Source: Gemmatimonadales bacterium (GTDB lineage Bacteria; Gemmatimonadota; Gemmatimonadetes; Gemmatimonadales; GWC2-71-9). Taken from it: DNA of 60,054 nucleotides. Position 1 is the first letter of the stretch; every line of letters begins with the position of its first letter. This document shows positions 48,235 to 58,272 of the stretch, piece after piece. The notes under the pieces are model-generated. The model worked only from the letters and a program-made list of their open reading frames with translations, was not told the origin of the DNA and did no database searches. Location: positions 1 to 60,054 of the forward strand of contig JBBQXQ010000006.1 of assembly GCA_038209515.1 (NCBI GenBank). The letters are read 5' to 3'. Made by a program: the position numbers and the translations under genes.

Positions 48235-50619
48235 CTAAAAGAAATTGCCCAGCTTGAAATGGAGCTGCCAGCCGGGTTTGGGCCGGCCGTTGAGATCCAC
48301 CTTATCGAATCCGTAGCCCAGATCGACGCCGATGGGGCCCAGCGGCGAGATGACGGCCGCGCCGAAGCCGGCACCACGGAACAATCGTGTCGGGTCCCAC
48401 TGCCGGGCACTGCGGTACACGTTCCCGGCGTCGAAGAAGGCGTCGACGTAGAGCGATTGGCTGATCCGGGCACCGGCCTCGACCGTGAACGTCGCATAGG
48501 ACTTGCCGAACGATTCGGAGCTCGCCGCATTGTTACCACCGGCGGTCGGATCGAATCCGTTCGGCGTGATCGAGAACTCATCGTAACCCCGCAGCGGAAT
48601 GCCGTACTGGACGCCCCCGAGGGCGTAGAGATCCTGGTAGAACGGTCCCGCATCACCGAAGACGAACCCCGACTTGGCGGTAAGGCCAAGCACGAACTGC
48701 ACGCCGGCGCCGAGCTGCCCCGCACCACCCATAGTCCCGAGCGGCGCGTACCAACGCCCTTCGAGATCCACCTTCCGATAGTTTCCCGTGCCGCCCAGAA
48801 TCCCACCGTTGAGCTCGCCGCTGACGTTGGTCATGACGCCGCCGGTGGCGAAGGGCAAGCCGACCCGGGTGTCCCGAACCAGGCTGAGCCCGAAGGATGA
48901 CTTGGTACATGCGCTGCACCGAAAACGCGCCTGAATGTCGGCCGAACCCTCAGAATAGCGGATGCGCTGGAACGAGTAAGAGGCGAAGAACCGGGTATAG
49001 CGCGATCCCAGGAAGGGAAATCCGAGCTGTAGGCTGCCGCCGGTCTGCTTCCGCCGACCGAGATCGCCGATGTTGTACCGGGCTCGGGAGTCGAACAGGG
49101 AGACGGTCCCGGAGATCCGGCTCTCCCGGATGGCGGGGTCGGTGTAACTCAGGGTGAAGTCATTGATGTTCTTCCCGAACTGCCATTGGAGCTTGCCCCG
49201 CTTTCCCCGGCCAAAAAGATTGGGCTCTTCCAGGCCGAGGAAGCCACCGACTCCAGTTCCCTGGCCCAGGGAAGCACCGAAGTTGATGTTACCGGTGCGG
49301 CGCTCCTCGACCCGGAACACGATGTCCACGTCGACACCATTCGCCGCTGGTTTCACGTCTGGCGGCGGAAGCGGCTGCTGGAAGAACCCCAGGTTGGCCA
49401 CGTTCTGGTAGGAGCGGATCAGCCGATCACGGCTGAACAGATCACCGGGAAGCATCACGATCGCCTCACGGATGACGCGCTCGTGCGTGACTTCATTACC
49501 GACGATCTCGACCTTGTTGATCGTGGCCGGCGACCCCTCGCGGACGTTCCAGCGCAAATCCACCACCGGCATCCCGCCGGGGCCGGTGCGGCGCACTTCT
49601 TCAGGTTGCACCTGAGAGTAGATGTAGCCGTTGTTGGCGTAGAGGTTCTGGACCTTGTCCGTCGCCTCGTTCCACTCCGACCGGCTGAATGGCTGGCTTC
49701 GATCCAGAGGTGCGCCAGTAGGACCGATCGGCCCGAACGGGTAGAAGGCCCGGAGCTCCTCGGTCGAAAACCGCCGGTTCCCCTGGATGTCGAATGTCCC
49801 GACCCGGTAGATGGGGCCTTCGTCGACGGTCAACCGGAGGACCGCCTTACCGCCGGCTGAGTCCGATACCAGGGAATCGTGGGTGACCTGGAAATCAACG
49901 TACCCCTGATCGGCATACCAGTGCGGGAGCCGCTCGCGGACGTCCTGCTCCACCGCCCGCTCATCGTACTCGCCCTTCTGGAACCACCAGAAGCCTTCCG
50001 GCCGGGTGGACATGTGCTTGACCACGGCCTTGTCCGAGAAATGCTTGTTCCCGTCCACAATGACCTGGCTGATCGCGACCCGCTCGCCTTCCTCGACGTC
50101 GAAGACGACGCGGGCCTTGCTGGGGCTCGGCGCGAGCTGGATCACCTTCACCCTGGAGGCGTAGTACCCCTGGTGCTTGTAGAGCGAGTCGATGCCGGCG
50201 CGGCCTTGTTCGACAGCGTTCCGATCGAGTGGACGGCCTTCGGTGAGATGCACCCGGCCCTTGACCTCGCCTTCGGAGAGCCGGTTCACCCCGCGCACCG
50301 TCCATTTTTCCAGCAGCGGACGTTCCTTGACTCGAATGACGAGCACCAGGCGACCCCCGGCGTTTCGCTGTTCGACCACGACGTCGTCGAACTGGCCGGT
50401 GCGGAAGAGTGCCGTGATGGCGCGCTGGATGTCCCGGTAATTGATCGGCTGGTGAACGATGATGCCGGAGGTGCCGATGATCTGTGAGGGAGTGACGCGT
50501 GTCTGACCTTCGACCGCGATGCTATCGACTGCGGGCGGGGCTGTGTCTTGAGCCGCGAGGGCCCTCTGTCCCCCCAGTAAGAGCGAACCGCCTAGAAGGG
50601 TCGGAAGGAAACGGTGCAT
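48235..50619 (-). CDS. bamA: Outer membrane protein assembly factor BamA
   Basis: Signal peptide, POTRA repeats, NLFGRG, LRGY, SPLGPI..DLGY, terminal F. Confidence 0.96.
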   Translation of the reverse strand: MHRFLPTLLGGSLLLGGQRALAAQDTAPPAVDSIAVEGQTRVTPSQIIGTSGIIVHQPINYRDIQRAITALFRTGQFDDVVVEQRNAGGRLVLVIRVKERPLLEKWTVRGVNRLSEGEVKGRVHLTEGRPLDRNAVEQGRAGIDSLYKHQGYYASRVKVIQLAPSPSKARVVFDVEEGERVAISQVIVDGNKHFSDKAVVKHMSTRPEGFWWFQKGEYDERAVEQDVRERLPHWYADQGYVDFQVTHDSLVSDSAGGKAVLRLTVDEGPIYRVGTFDIQGNRRFSTEELRAFYPFGPIGPTGAPLDRSQPFSRSEWNEATDKVQNLYANNGYIYSQVQPEEVRRTGPGGMPVVDLRWNVREGSPATINKVEIVGNEVTHERVIREAIVMLPGDLFSRDRLIRSYQNVANLGFFQQPLPPPDVKPAANGVDVDIVFRVEERRTGNINFGASLGQGTGVGGFLGLEEPNLFGRGKRGKLQWQFGKNINDFTLSYTDPAIRESRISGTVSLFDSRARYNIGDLGRRKQTGGSLQLGFPFLGSRYTRFFASYSFQRIRYSEGSADIQARFRCSACTKSSFGLSLVRDTRVGLPFATGGVMTNVSGELNGGILGGTGNYRKVDLEGRWYAPLGTMGGAGQLGAGVQFVLGLTAKSGFVFGDAGPFYQDLYALGGVQYGIPLRGYDEFSITPNGFDPTAGGNNAASSESFGKSYATFTVEAGARISQSLYVDAFFDAGNVYRSARQWDPTRLFRGAGFGAAVISPLGPIGVDLGYGFDKVDLNGRPKPGWQLHFKLGNFF

Positions 50620-50639
50620 CGAAAAGGGGCGAAGGGTGA

Positions 50640-50673
50640 GCGCGCCGGGCCTCCCGAGGGAAGCCCGGCGCGC
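50640..50673 (-). terminator. Strong GC hairpin just after the clpC stop (terminator or stabiliser)
   Basis: Minus strand GCGCGCCGGGCTTCC-CTCG-GGAGGCCCGGCGCGC, 15-bp stem; no clear U tract. Confidence 0.5.
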
Positions 50674-50677
50674 GGCC

Positions 50678-53152
50678 TTAGGCCTGGGGGGTTGGGGTCA
50701 GCGCCCGGAAGACCAGCCGCTCACCGTCCGGAGCGACGTCGACCTCGATCTCCTCGCCACGGCCGAAGTCGCCCATGAGAATCCTCTCGCTGAGCGGATC
50801 CTCGATATAGCGTTGGATGGAGCGCTTCAGCGGGCGCGCGCCGTAGTTCTGATCGTAGCCGTGCTCGACCAGGAACTCGGTTGCCGCGGGCGTGAGCTTG
50901 ACCTCGTCGCCCAGCCGGCGCTGCACTTCGCGCAGCAGGATGGTGACGATCTGTGCGATGTGGTCCTTGTCCAGCGGGTGGAACACGATCACATCGTCGA
51001 GTCGGTTGAGGAACTCCGGGTTGAACACCTTGTTCATCTCATCCTTGACGGTTTCCTGCATCTTCTCGAAGCTTCCCCGCGCATCGCCGCCGTGGAATCC
51101 GAGCGACTTGCCCTTCATGATATCGCGGGCGCCCACGTTGGAGGTCATGATCACGACCGTGTTCTTGAAGTCGATGACCCGCCCGTAGTTGTCGGTCAAA
51201 TGGCCTTCGTCCAGCACCTGGAGCAGGATGTTGAACACATCCGGATGGGCCTTCTCGATCTCGTCGAGCAGGACCACCGAATACGGCTTCCGCCGCACGG
51301 CCTTGGTCAGGGTCCCGGAATCCTCGTAGCCGACGTAGCCCGGAGGCGCGCCGATAAGTCGGGAAACCGAGAACTTCTCCATGTACTCGGACATGTCGAC
51401 CCGGATCAGGGCCGATGCATCGGCGAAGAGGAACCTGGCCAGCGCACGCGCCAACTCGGTCTTCCCGACCCCGGTCGGACCGGAGAAAATGAATGAGCCG
51501 ATGGGCCGGTTCGGATCCTTGAGGCCGGCGCGTGAACGCCGGATGGCCCGGGACACCGCCCTGATGGCCTCGTCCTGGCCTACCACCGATCCGTGGAGCT
51601 CGTCTTCCATTCGCATCAGGCGCGCGGTCTCGGCCTCCTGGAGGCGGGTGACCGGAATGCCGGTCCAGCGGGACACGATGAACGCAATGGCCTCCTCATC
51701 GATCACCGGCCGTTTGGTCTGCCGCTCACGCTCCCACTCCTCCTGCTTGAGCCGGATCTGGTTCTGCAGGTCGCGCTCCTGGTCCCTGAGAGAGGCGGCG
51801 CGCTCGAAGTTCTGATCGCGGACCGCATCTTCCTTCTGTACGTTCACTTTCTCCAGCGCGGCCTTCAGCTCGGCCACTTCGGCCGGGGGAACCTGCGAGG
51901 CCAACCGTGCCCGGGCACCGGCCTCGTCGATCACATCGATCGCCTTGTCCGGCAGGAACCGGTCGGTGATGTACCGCTCGGAAAGCTCGGCGGCGGCGGT
52001 CAGCGTGGCATCGGGAATGCTGATCCGGTGGTGGTCCTCGTACTTCTTGCGAAGTCCCTTGAGGATCTCGATGGTCTCGACCACCGTCGGCGGCTCCACC
52101 ACGACGGTCTGGAACCGCCGTTCCAGGGCGCCGTCCTTCTCGATGTACTTGCGGTACTCGTTCAGGGTCGAAGCGCCGACGCACTGCAGCTCGCCGCGGG
52201 CGAGGGCGGGCTTCAGCATGTTCGAGGCGTCAATCGCGCCTTCGGCGGCCCCCGCACCCACCAGCGTGTGCAGCTCGTCGATGAACAGGATGATCTGCTT
52301 GTTTTGGGCGATCTCGTTCATAACCGCCTTGAGCCGCTCTTCGAACTGGCCCCGGTACTTGGTCCCGGCGATGACCGCCGCCATGTCGAGCGACAGGACC
52401 CGATGATCCCGCAGCACGTCGGGGCAAAGCCCGTTGGCAATGAGCAGTGCCAGACCCTCGACGATCGCCGTCTTGCCGACGCCGGGCTCACCGATGAGGA
52501 CCGGATTGTTCTTCTTGCGCCGCGCCAGGATCTCCATGACGCGCTCGATCTCCTTGCCCCGTCCGATCGTCGGATCGAGCTGTCCTTCCGCGGCCAGCTG
52601 CGTCAGATCGCGGCAGAAGTGGTCGAGCGCTGGCGTTTTCGATTTCTTCTCGGACTTGGGCGTGGATGCGGGCTGGCTGCTGCCGCTCCCGGCCGACGTC
52701 TGAGGCATGTCGCTCCCGAGCAGGCGCAGGGTCTCGGCCCGCGATTGCTCCAGGTTCACGCCGGCATCCGTCAACACTTGGGCCGCGATGCCCTTCTCCT
52801 CGCGCAGCAGGCCGAGCAGCAGGTGCTCGGTACCGACGTAGGAATGATTCAGCTCCCGGGCCTCGGTCATCGCCAGCTCGAGAACCTTCTTCGCGCGCGA
52901 CGTGTACGGAAGATCGGGCCCGGCGGCCGCGGCCGCTTTGCCCTTCTTGACCGTTTCCTCGATTTTTTGCTGGATGTCCTCGAGATCGACGTTCAGGTTG
53001 GTGAGAACTGCCGCCGCCACCCCCTCGCCTTCGCGAATGAGGCCGAGAAGAATGTGCTCCGTCCCCACGTATTCGTGATGCAGGCGGGCGGCCTCTTCCC
53101 GGGCCATCTGCAGGACCTTACGCACACGATCAGTAAAGTTGTAACCGTTCAT
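50678..53152 (-). CDS. clpC: ATP-dependent Clp protease ATP-binding subunit ClpC
   Basis: Double Clp-N repeats (GTEH twice), GEPGVGKT, short UVR middle domain, [11 protein letters not shown] ClpP-binding loop. Confidence 0.97.
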   Translation of the reverse strand: MNGYNFTDRVRKVLQMAREEAARLHHEYVGTEHILLGLIREGEGVAAAVLTNLNVDLEDIQQKIEETVKKGKAAAAAGPDLPYTSRAKKVLELAMTEARELNHSYVGTEHLLLGLLREEKGIAAQVLTDAGVNLEQSRAETLRLLGSDMPQTSAGSGSSQPASTPKSEKKSKTPALDHFCRDLTQLAAEGQLDPTIGRGKEIERVMEILARRKKNNPVLIGEPGVGKTAIVEGLALLIANGLCPDVLRDHRVLSLDMAAVIAGTKYRGQFEERLKAVMNEIAQNKQIILFIDELHTLVGAGAAEGAIDASNMLKPALARGELQCVGASTLNEYRKYIEKDGALERRFQTVVVEPPTVVETIEILKGLRKKYEDHHRISIPDATLTAAAELSERYITDRFLPDKAIDVIDEAGARARLASQVPPAEVAELKAALEKVNVQKEDAVRDQNFERAASLRDQERDLQNQIRLKQEEWERERQTKRPVIDEEAIAFIVSRWTGIPVTRLQEAETARLMRMEDELHGSVVGQDEAIRAVSRAIRRSRAGLKDPNRPIGSFIFSGPTGVGKTELARALARFLFADASALIRVDMSEYMEKFSVSRLIGAPPGYVGYEDSGTLTKAVRRKPYSVVLLDEIEKAHPDVFNILLQVLDEGHLTDNYGRVIDFKNTVVIMTSNVGARDIMKGKSLGFHGGDARGSFEKMQETVKDEMNKVFNPEFLNRLDDVIVFHPLDKDHIAQIVTILLREVQRRLGDEVKLTPAATEFLVEHGYDQNYGARPLKRSIQRYIEDPLSERILMGDFGRGEEIEVDVAPDGERLVFRALTPTPQA

Positions 53153-53191
53153 CGAGGTATCCTGTGTAGCTCCGAAGGCCGTCGTCGCGGC

Positions 53192-54274
53192 TCATCCACG
53201 GCGTCCCACCTCGGATTCCAACACTTTGCGCACGAACTGTGCCCGCCGAACTGGTAGGTCGGGGTCGCTCGGGCCGAGCCCTTCGGCCACCGCCAGATGG
53301 GCCGGCTGAGTGTACACCAACAACTTGTTAAGCGTATACATGCCGACATCGGGGATGAGGTTCACCCCGACGCCGAGGCGCACGCCGCTCAACAAGTTCA
53401 TTGCCTCTTCGAACGAGAGAGCCCGTGCATAACGAAGCAACCCGTACGCGCGCCAGACTTTGTCTTCGATGATTGCCGGAGCGTCGCGCAGCAGGACCTG
53501 CCGGGCCTGCTCCTCGTAGTCCATGACCTGCCGGACCATCTTGCCAAGGTGATCGAGTAGCTCGTATTCGGAGCTTCCGAGTGTGGTCTGATTGGACAGT
53601 TGGAAAAAGTTGCCGACGACTTCGCTTCCCTCACCATACAGGCCGCGGAAAGTCAGTCCCACCTGCGCCAGACCCTGCAACACCTTGGAGATTTCCTTCG
53701 TCAGCACGAGGCCGGGGAGGTGTATCAAAACCGAGGCCCGAAGCCCGGTGCCGACGTTGGTCGGACACGAGGTAAGGTAACCAAACTCAGAATGAAATGC
53801 GAATGCAAGTCGTTGTCCCAGTTCGGCGTCGAGCCGGTCGACCTCAGCATACGCCGCGTCCAGCGCGAAGCCGGAATGGAGCCCCTGAAGCCGGAGATGA
53901 TCCTCCTCATTCAGCATCACCCCCAGCCGGTCCTGCACCAGCAGCGACGCGCCCGATCGCACCCGTCCGTCCGGGTCCAGGCCTGCGAGCTCCTTGCTGA
54001 CCAGGTGCCGCTCGTGGAGCAGCTGCCGGTCGGCGAACTCCAACCGGTCCAGCCGGAACTTGATTGCGCGTCGAAGTAACACGGTGTCCCGTGCCGCCGC
54101 TTCGACGATCTGAAGAATGTCCTCCCGCTCGGTCTCGGAATTCCGTCCCTGAAACACCCGGCCCGCCAGGTTTCGAGCCAGGCGGATCCGGGTGGAGAGC
54201 ACGAGGTGGCTGGACGGTCCGCTCGCGTCGAGCCATCCCACGCCACCGTCGGTCAATAAGCTCAGATCGATCAT
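53192..54274 (-). CDS. mcsB: Protein arginine kinase
   Basis: STRIRLARNL, ERHLVS, NEEDHLR, GYLTSCPTNVGTGLRAS, FQLSNQ.TLG. Confidence 0.96.
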   Translation of the reverse strand: MIDLSLLTDGGVGWLDASGPSSHLVLSTRIRLARNLAGRVFQGRNSETEREDILQIVEAAARDTVLLRRAIKFRLDRLEFADRQLLHERHLVSKELAGLDPDGRVRSGASLLVQDRLGVMLNEEDHLRLQGLHSGFALDAAYAEVDRLDAELGQRLAFAFHSEFGYLTSCPTNVGTGLRASVLIHLPGLVLTKEISKVLQGLAQVGLTFRGLYGEGSEVVGNFFQLSNQTTLGSSEYELLDHLGKMVRQVMDYEEQARQVLLRDAPAIIEDKVWRAYGLLRYARALSFEEAMNLLSGVRLGVGVNLIPDVGMYTLNKLLVYTQPAHLAVAEGLGPSDPDLPVRRAQFVRKVLESEVGRRG

Positions 54275-54759
54275 TCCAGCACCCGAAGGCGGTCTCGCAG
54301 CTCCGCCGCCAACTCGAAGTTCTCGGTTTCCACCGCCAGCCGGAGCTGTTCCCTCAACTCAGACGTCTGCTGGCGCTCGGCCGGGGCCGTCGTGCCCCGT
54401 TCAGCGTAGCGTTCGCCCATATGGTGAGTTGATCCATGGAGCCGGCGCAGCAGATCCCGCAACGGCACCTCGAACGAACGGTAGCAGTCCGGGCACCCCA
54501 ACCGGCCGCTCTCCCGGAAATCCGCGAGCGAGCCACCACAGCGAGAGCACGTGTCGGCACGGGGGGCCTGGGCTTGTTCCGGGTCCTGGCCCATCGCGGC
54601 GAGGAAGGTGCCCAAGGGTGTCTTGGGTTGGGCGCCCGGACTCTCGACCCCCTTCTCCGCGGCGCACCGCTCGCAGAGATGCAGGGTGGTGACCTGCTCG
54701 TTCACGATCTGGGTGAGGTGAATGACCGCTTCGCGCTCCCGGCACTGCTCGCACGACAT
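54271..54759 (-). CDS. mcsA: Protein-arginine kinase activator
   Basis: Four CxxC motifs (CEQC, CERC, CSRC, CPDC) and C-terminal UVR (ENFELAAELRD). Confidence 0.94.
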   Translation of the reverse strand: MSCEQCREREAVIHLTQIVNEQVTTLHLCERCAAEKGVESPGAQPKTPLGTFLAAMGQDPEQAQAPRADTCSRCGGSLADFRESGRLGCPDCYRSFEVPLRDLLRRLHGSTHHMGERYAERGTTAPAERQQTSELREQLRLAVETENFELAAELRDRLRVLE

Positions 54760-55460
54760 CAGGGCATGGACTCCACGCCCGACAACGGCACCAGGCGGCC
54801 GCCCTCGAGCGACAGCACGCGGTCGGCCCTGGCCGCCAGCAGACGATTATGGGTGACGACTACCAGCGCCGTCTCAAACTCGCGGGATAGATGCGCGAAC
54901 AGCTGGTGCAGTCGCTCGCTGTTGCCAGAGTCGAGATTGCCCGAAGGCTCATCCGCCAGAACGACCAGCGGATCGGCGGCGAGCGCCCGGGCCACCGCCG
55001 CCCGCTGCTGCTCGCCTCCCGACAGCTGCGAGGGTCGGTGCGACATCCGGCCCGCCAGTCCCACCGCCGCGAGCAGCTCCTCCGCCCGGGAACGGGCCCG
55101 GGCATCGTCCTCACCCGCGATCAGCAACGGCATCATCACGTTCTCGAGCGCGGTGAATTCGCGGAGTAAATGATGGAACTGGAAGACGAACCCCACCTTT
55201 CGGTTTCGGATTTGAGCCAGCGCCTCCGAACTCTCGCTTTCGTACGCCTGCCCGGCCAATCGCACCGTGCCACCGGACGGCGTGTCGAGGGCACCGAGCA
55301 AGTGGAGAAGCGTGCTCTTTCCCGAGCCGCTGGCCCCCACGATCGCCACGAACTCACCCCGGCTCACCGTGAGGTCGACTCCGGAGAGGACTTCTATCGG
55401 GTTGCCGTCGCCCCCGCGGTACACCTTCCGCAGGCCCTGTGCCTCGAGGATCGCGGTCAT
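54759..55460 (-). CDS. lolD: Lipoprotein-releasing ABC transporter ATPase
   Basis: GASGSGKS, GFVFQFHHLL, LSGGEQQR, ADEPSGNLD; ATGA overlap at 55460. Confidence 0.93.
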   Translation of the reverse strand: MTAILEAQGLRKVYRGGDGNPIEVLSGVDLTVSRGEFVAIVGASGSGKSTLLHLLGALDTPSGGTVRLAGQAYESESSEALAQIRNRKVGFVFQFHHLLREFTALENVMMPLLIAGEDDARARSRAEELLAAVGLAGRMSHRPSQLSGGEQQRAAVARALAADPLVVLADEPSGNLDSGNSERLHQLFAHLSREFETALVVVTHNRLLAARADRVLSLEGGRLVPLSGVESMP

Positions 55461-56761
55461 TCGTGGCGGATCGCGTCGACGGGGGTCAGGGCGGCGGCGG
55501 AGCGCGAGGGGTACAGCGTCGCGCACACGGCGATGGCAAGGCTCGCGAGCACCACGACGGCCACGTCCAGCCACTCGATGTGGACGGGAAGGTGATCGAT
55601 GAAATATACTGCCGGGTTGATCCGGACCCACCCCGAGCTATCCACTACGTAGGCCACTGAGAGACCGAGGACGAGCCCCAGCGCGGTCCCCACCCCGCCG
55701 ATTACGGCGCCCTGCACCAGAAAAACCCTCCCTACCGCCGGCGAGGTGAGTCCCATCGCCCGAAGAATGCCGATCTCCCGAGTTTTATCGGTCACGACCA
55801 TGGTCAGCGTCCCCACGATGTTGAACGCGGCGACGACCATGATGAAAAAGATAATCAGCCCCATGGCGAGCTTTTCCAGCTGGAGCGCGCTGAAGAGACT
55901 CGCGTTCTGGGTCTGCCAATCCAAGGCTCGATAGGGGTAGCCGAGCCGTTTCTCGAGAGCTGCACCGATGGCGGGAGCCCGCTCGGGATCATCCACCCGC
56001 ACGGCGATGCCGGATACGGCATTGCCCAGGCCGGTGAATCGCTGCGCGGTCTCTCGCGACAGCACGACAAATTGGTTGTCGTACTGGAACATGCCGGTGT
56101 CGAACAGGCCGGTGACCTCGAATTTCCAGAAACGCGGCACGGCCACGCCCAGGGCCGGGTTCACCTTGGCCTGAGTAACCGGCACCAGGGTGACAACATC
56201 GCCCGGGTAGACCGAGAGTCGTGAGGCAAGCCGGGAGCCGAGCAGGATACCGCCGTCCACTCCCGGTTTGTCGGTCTTAAACGATAGATCGCCTTTCGTG
56301 ATTGCTCCGGGCAGCGAGGTAACGGACATCGTACCGGTGTCCGGGTCGAAGCCGACGAGGTTGACGCCCTCGCCGTAGTCTTGCCCGGCGGTGATGCCCG
56401 CCTGACTGATCACCTCAGGGGCCGCTGCGATGACACCCGGCTCCTTCCGGACCTGGGCTATCACGCTTTGCCAGTCGTCGAGCCGGAGTCCCGATCCGAA
56501 CGTCAGCACCCGCAGATGAGGATTGGCCACCAGGATCCGTTCCCGGAGGTCGTCCCGCAGCCCGTTCATCACCCCAAGCACCACGATGAGAGCGGTGACC
56601 CCGACCGCCACGCCCCCGGTGGAGATGACCGTGTTCAACGAGGCGGTGCGGGAGTTCCGGCGGCTCCGCAAATAGCGCCGTGCGATCCGCCATTCGAGCC
56701 TCGAGGGCCAGCGGATACTGGCCTTCAGCTCGCGCCAATGCCTGCGTAGCTCCGTCTTCAC
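55457..56761 (-). CDS. lolE: Lipoprotein-releasing ABC transporter permease (single LolC/E)
   Basis: IARRYLR, GVTALIVVLGVMNG, LQLEK, AAFNIV.TL.M.V.DK.REIGIL.AMG, YPSRSAA...P.DAIR. Confidence 0.92.
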   Translation of the reverse strand: MKTELRRHWRELKASIRWPSRLEWRIARRYLRSRRNSRTASLNTVISTGGVAVGVTALIVVLGVMNGLRDDLRERILVANPHLRVLTFGSGLRLDDWQSVIAQVRKEPGVIAAAPEVISQAGITAGQDYGEGVNLVGFDPDTGTMSVTSLPGAITKGDLSFKTDKPGVDGGILLGSRLASRLSVYPGDVVTLVPVTQAKVNPALGVAVPRFWKFEVTGLFDTGMFQYDNQFVVLSRETAQRFTGLGNAVSGIAVRVDDPERAPAIGAALEKRLGYPYRALDWQTQNASLFSALQLEKLAMGLIIFFIMVVAAFNIVGTLTMVVTDKTREIGILRAMGLTSPAVGRVFLVQGAVIGGVGTALGLVLGLSVAYVVDSSGWVRINPAVYFIDHLPVHIEWLDVAVVVLASLAIAVCATLYPSRSAAALTPVDAIRHE

Positions 56762-58272
56762 GTTCCCTCCGGCCGCAGGGCCGGGAAGATGATCACGTCT
56801 CGGATCGATGGCCGGTCGGCCAGGATCATCACCAGGCGGTCGATGCCTACGCCGACCCCACCCGCCGGGGGCATACCGTATTCGAGCGCCCGGATGTAGT
56901 CCGCGTCATAGCTGTGCGCCTCTTCGTCCCCCGCGGCCCGCTGGCGGACCTGATCCTCGAACCGCCGGCGCTGATCGTCGGGGTCGTTGAGCTCACTGAA
57001 CCCGTTGGCCAGCTCCCTTCCTCCGACGAAGAGCTCGAACCGTTCGGTCAGCTCAGCATCGGAGCGATGCTCCTTGGCCAGCGGTGAAAGCGGCTTGGGG
57101 TAGTCTACCACGAAGGTCGGCTGCACTAGATGCGGCTCGAGGACCCTCTTGAACACCTCGTCCTGGAGCCGGCCGCCGGCGAGCCCATCGATGGCGTCGG
57201 GCTGGACGCCCGAGCGAAGGAGAACCGCGCGCATTTCTTCGGGGGCCGCGCGTCGGAGGTCCAGACCACACCGCTCGCGCACCCCACCGATGAAGCTCAC
57301 CCGCGCGAACGGCGGGGTAAAATCCAACGTCACACCGCTCCGCTCGATCGCCAGGGTTCCCAGCGTCTCCTCGACCGCGCCGGCCACCATCGTTTCGGTG
57401 AGCGACATCATGTCGGTGTAGTCGGCATAGGCCTGGTAGAACTCGAGCATGGTGAACTCTGGATTGTGCGTCCGATCCATCCCCTCGTTGCGAAAGTCGT
57501 GACCGATCTCGTAGACCCGCTCCAGGCCGCCCACCAGCAGGCGCTTCAAGTACAGCTCGTCCGCGATTCGGAGGTACAGCGGCATATCCAGCGCATGATG
57601 GTGAGTGACGAACGGCCGCGCCGCCGCGCCGCCGTAGAGCGGCTGGAGGACGGGCGTCTCGACTTCGAGAAAGCCGCGCTCGTCGAGGAACCGCCGAAGG
57701 AAGCGCACGACCTGCGAGCGGAGATAGAATACCTCGCGCACATCCTGGTTGACCGCGAGATCGGCGTAGCGTTGGCGATATCGCACCTCGGTGTCCTGCA
57801 GGCCCCCGTAGGTCATGGTGCCATCCTCCGTCTGCTGGGTCTTCCCCCGAGGCAACGGGCGAAGCGACTTCGCCAGGAGGGTAACCTCGGACACCCTGAC
57901 GGTGATTTCGCCGGCTTTGGTACGGAACACCGTCCCAGTGATCCCAACATGGTCGTCGAGATCGAGCAGCTTGACCATTTCGTAGCGGTCACCCAGGTCG
58001 TCACCGCGGAAGTACACCTGGATTCGGCCGCTCCAATCCTCGAGGTCACCGAACACCACTTTACCCTTGGGCCGCCAGGACACGATACGCCCGGCGATCG
58101 TTACGCCAGGCCCGTCGTCGGCCATGCCCTCCTGATAGGCCGAGCGGGCCTGCGCGGCGGTGTGCGAGCGCTCGTAGCGGTAGGCGAAAGGCTGCACCCC
58201 CATCGCCTCGAGGGCAGCCCGTTTCTCCCGGCGAGCGGACTCGACGTACGAACGCTCCTCCACCGTATTCAC
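56758..58272 (-). CDS. lysS: Lysine--tRNA ligase (class II)
   Basis: OB fold, RYRQRYADL, LEVETP, GGAAARPF.T, YLRIA.ELYLK, FRNEG, HNPEFT, YGMPP.GG.G.GIDRL. Confidence 0.98.
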   Translation of the reverse strand: MNTVEERSYVESARREKRAALEAMGVQPFAYRYERSHTAAQARSAYQEGMADDGPGVTIAGRIVSWRPKGKVVFGDLEDWSGRIQVYFRGDDLGDRYEMVKLLDLDDHVGITGTVFRTKAGEITVRVSEVTLLAKSLRPLPRGKTQQTEDGTMTYGGLQDTEVRYRQRYADLAVNQDVREVFYLRSQVVRFLRRFLDERGFLEVETPVLQPLYGGAAARPFVTHHHALDMPLYLRIADELYLKRLLVGGLERVYEIGHDFRNEGMDRTHNPEFTMLEFYQAYADYTDMMSLTETMVAGAVEETLGTLAIERSGVTLDFTPPFARVSFIGGVRERCGLDLRRAAPEEMRAVLLRSGVQPDAIDGLAGGRLQDEVFKRVLEPHLVQPTFVVDYPKPLSPLAKEHRSDAELTERFELFVGGRELANGFSELNDPDDQRRRFEDQVRQRAAGDEEAHSYDADYIRALEYGMPPAGGVGVGIDRLVMILADRPSIRDVIIFPALRPEGT

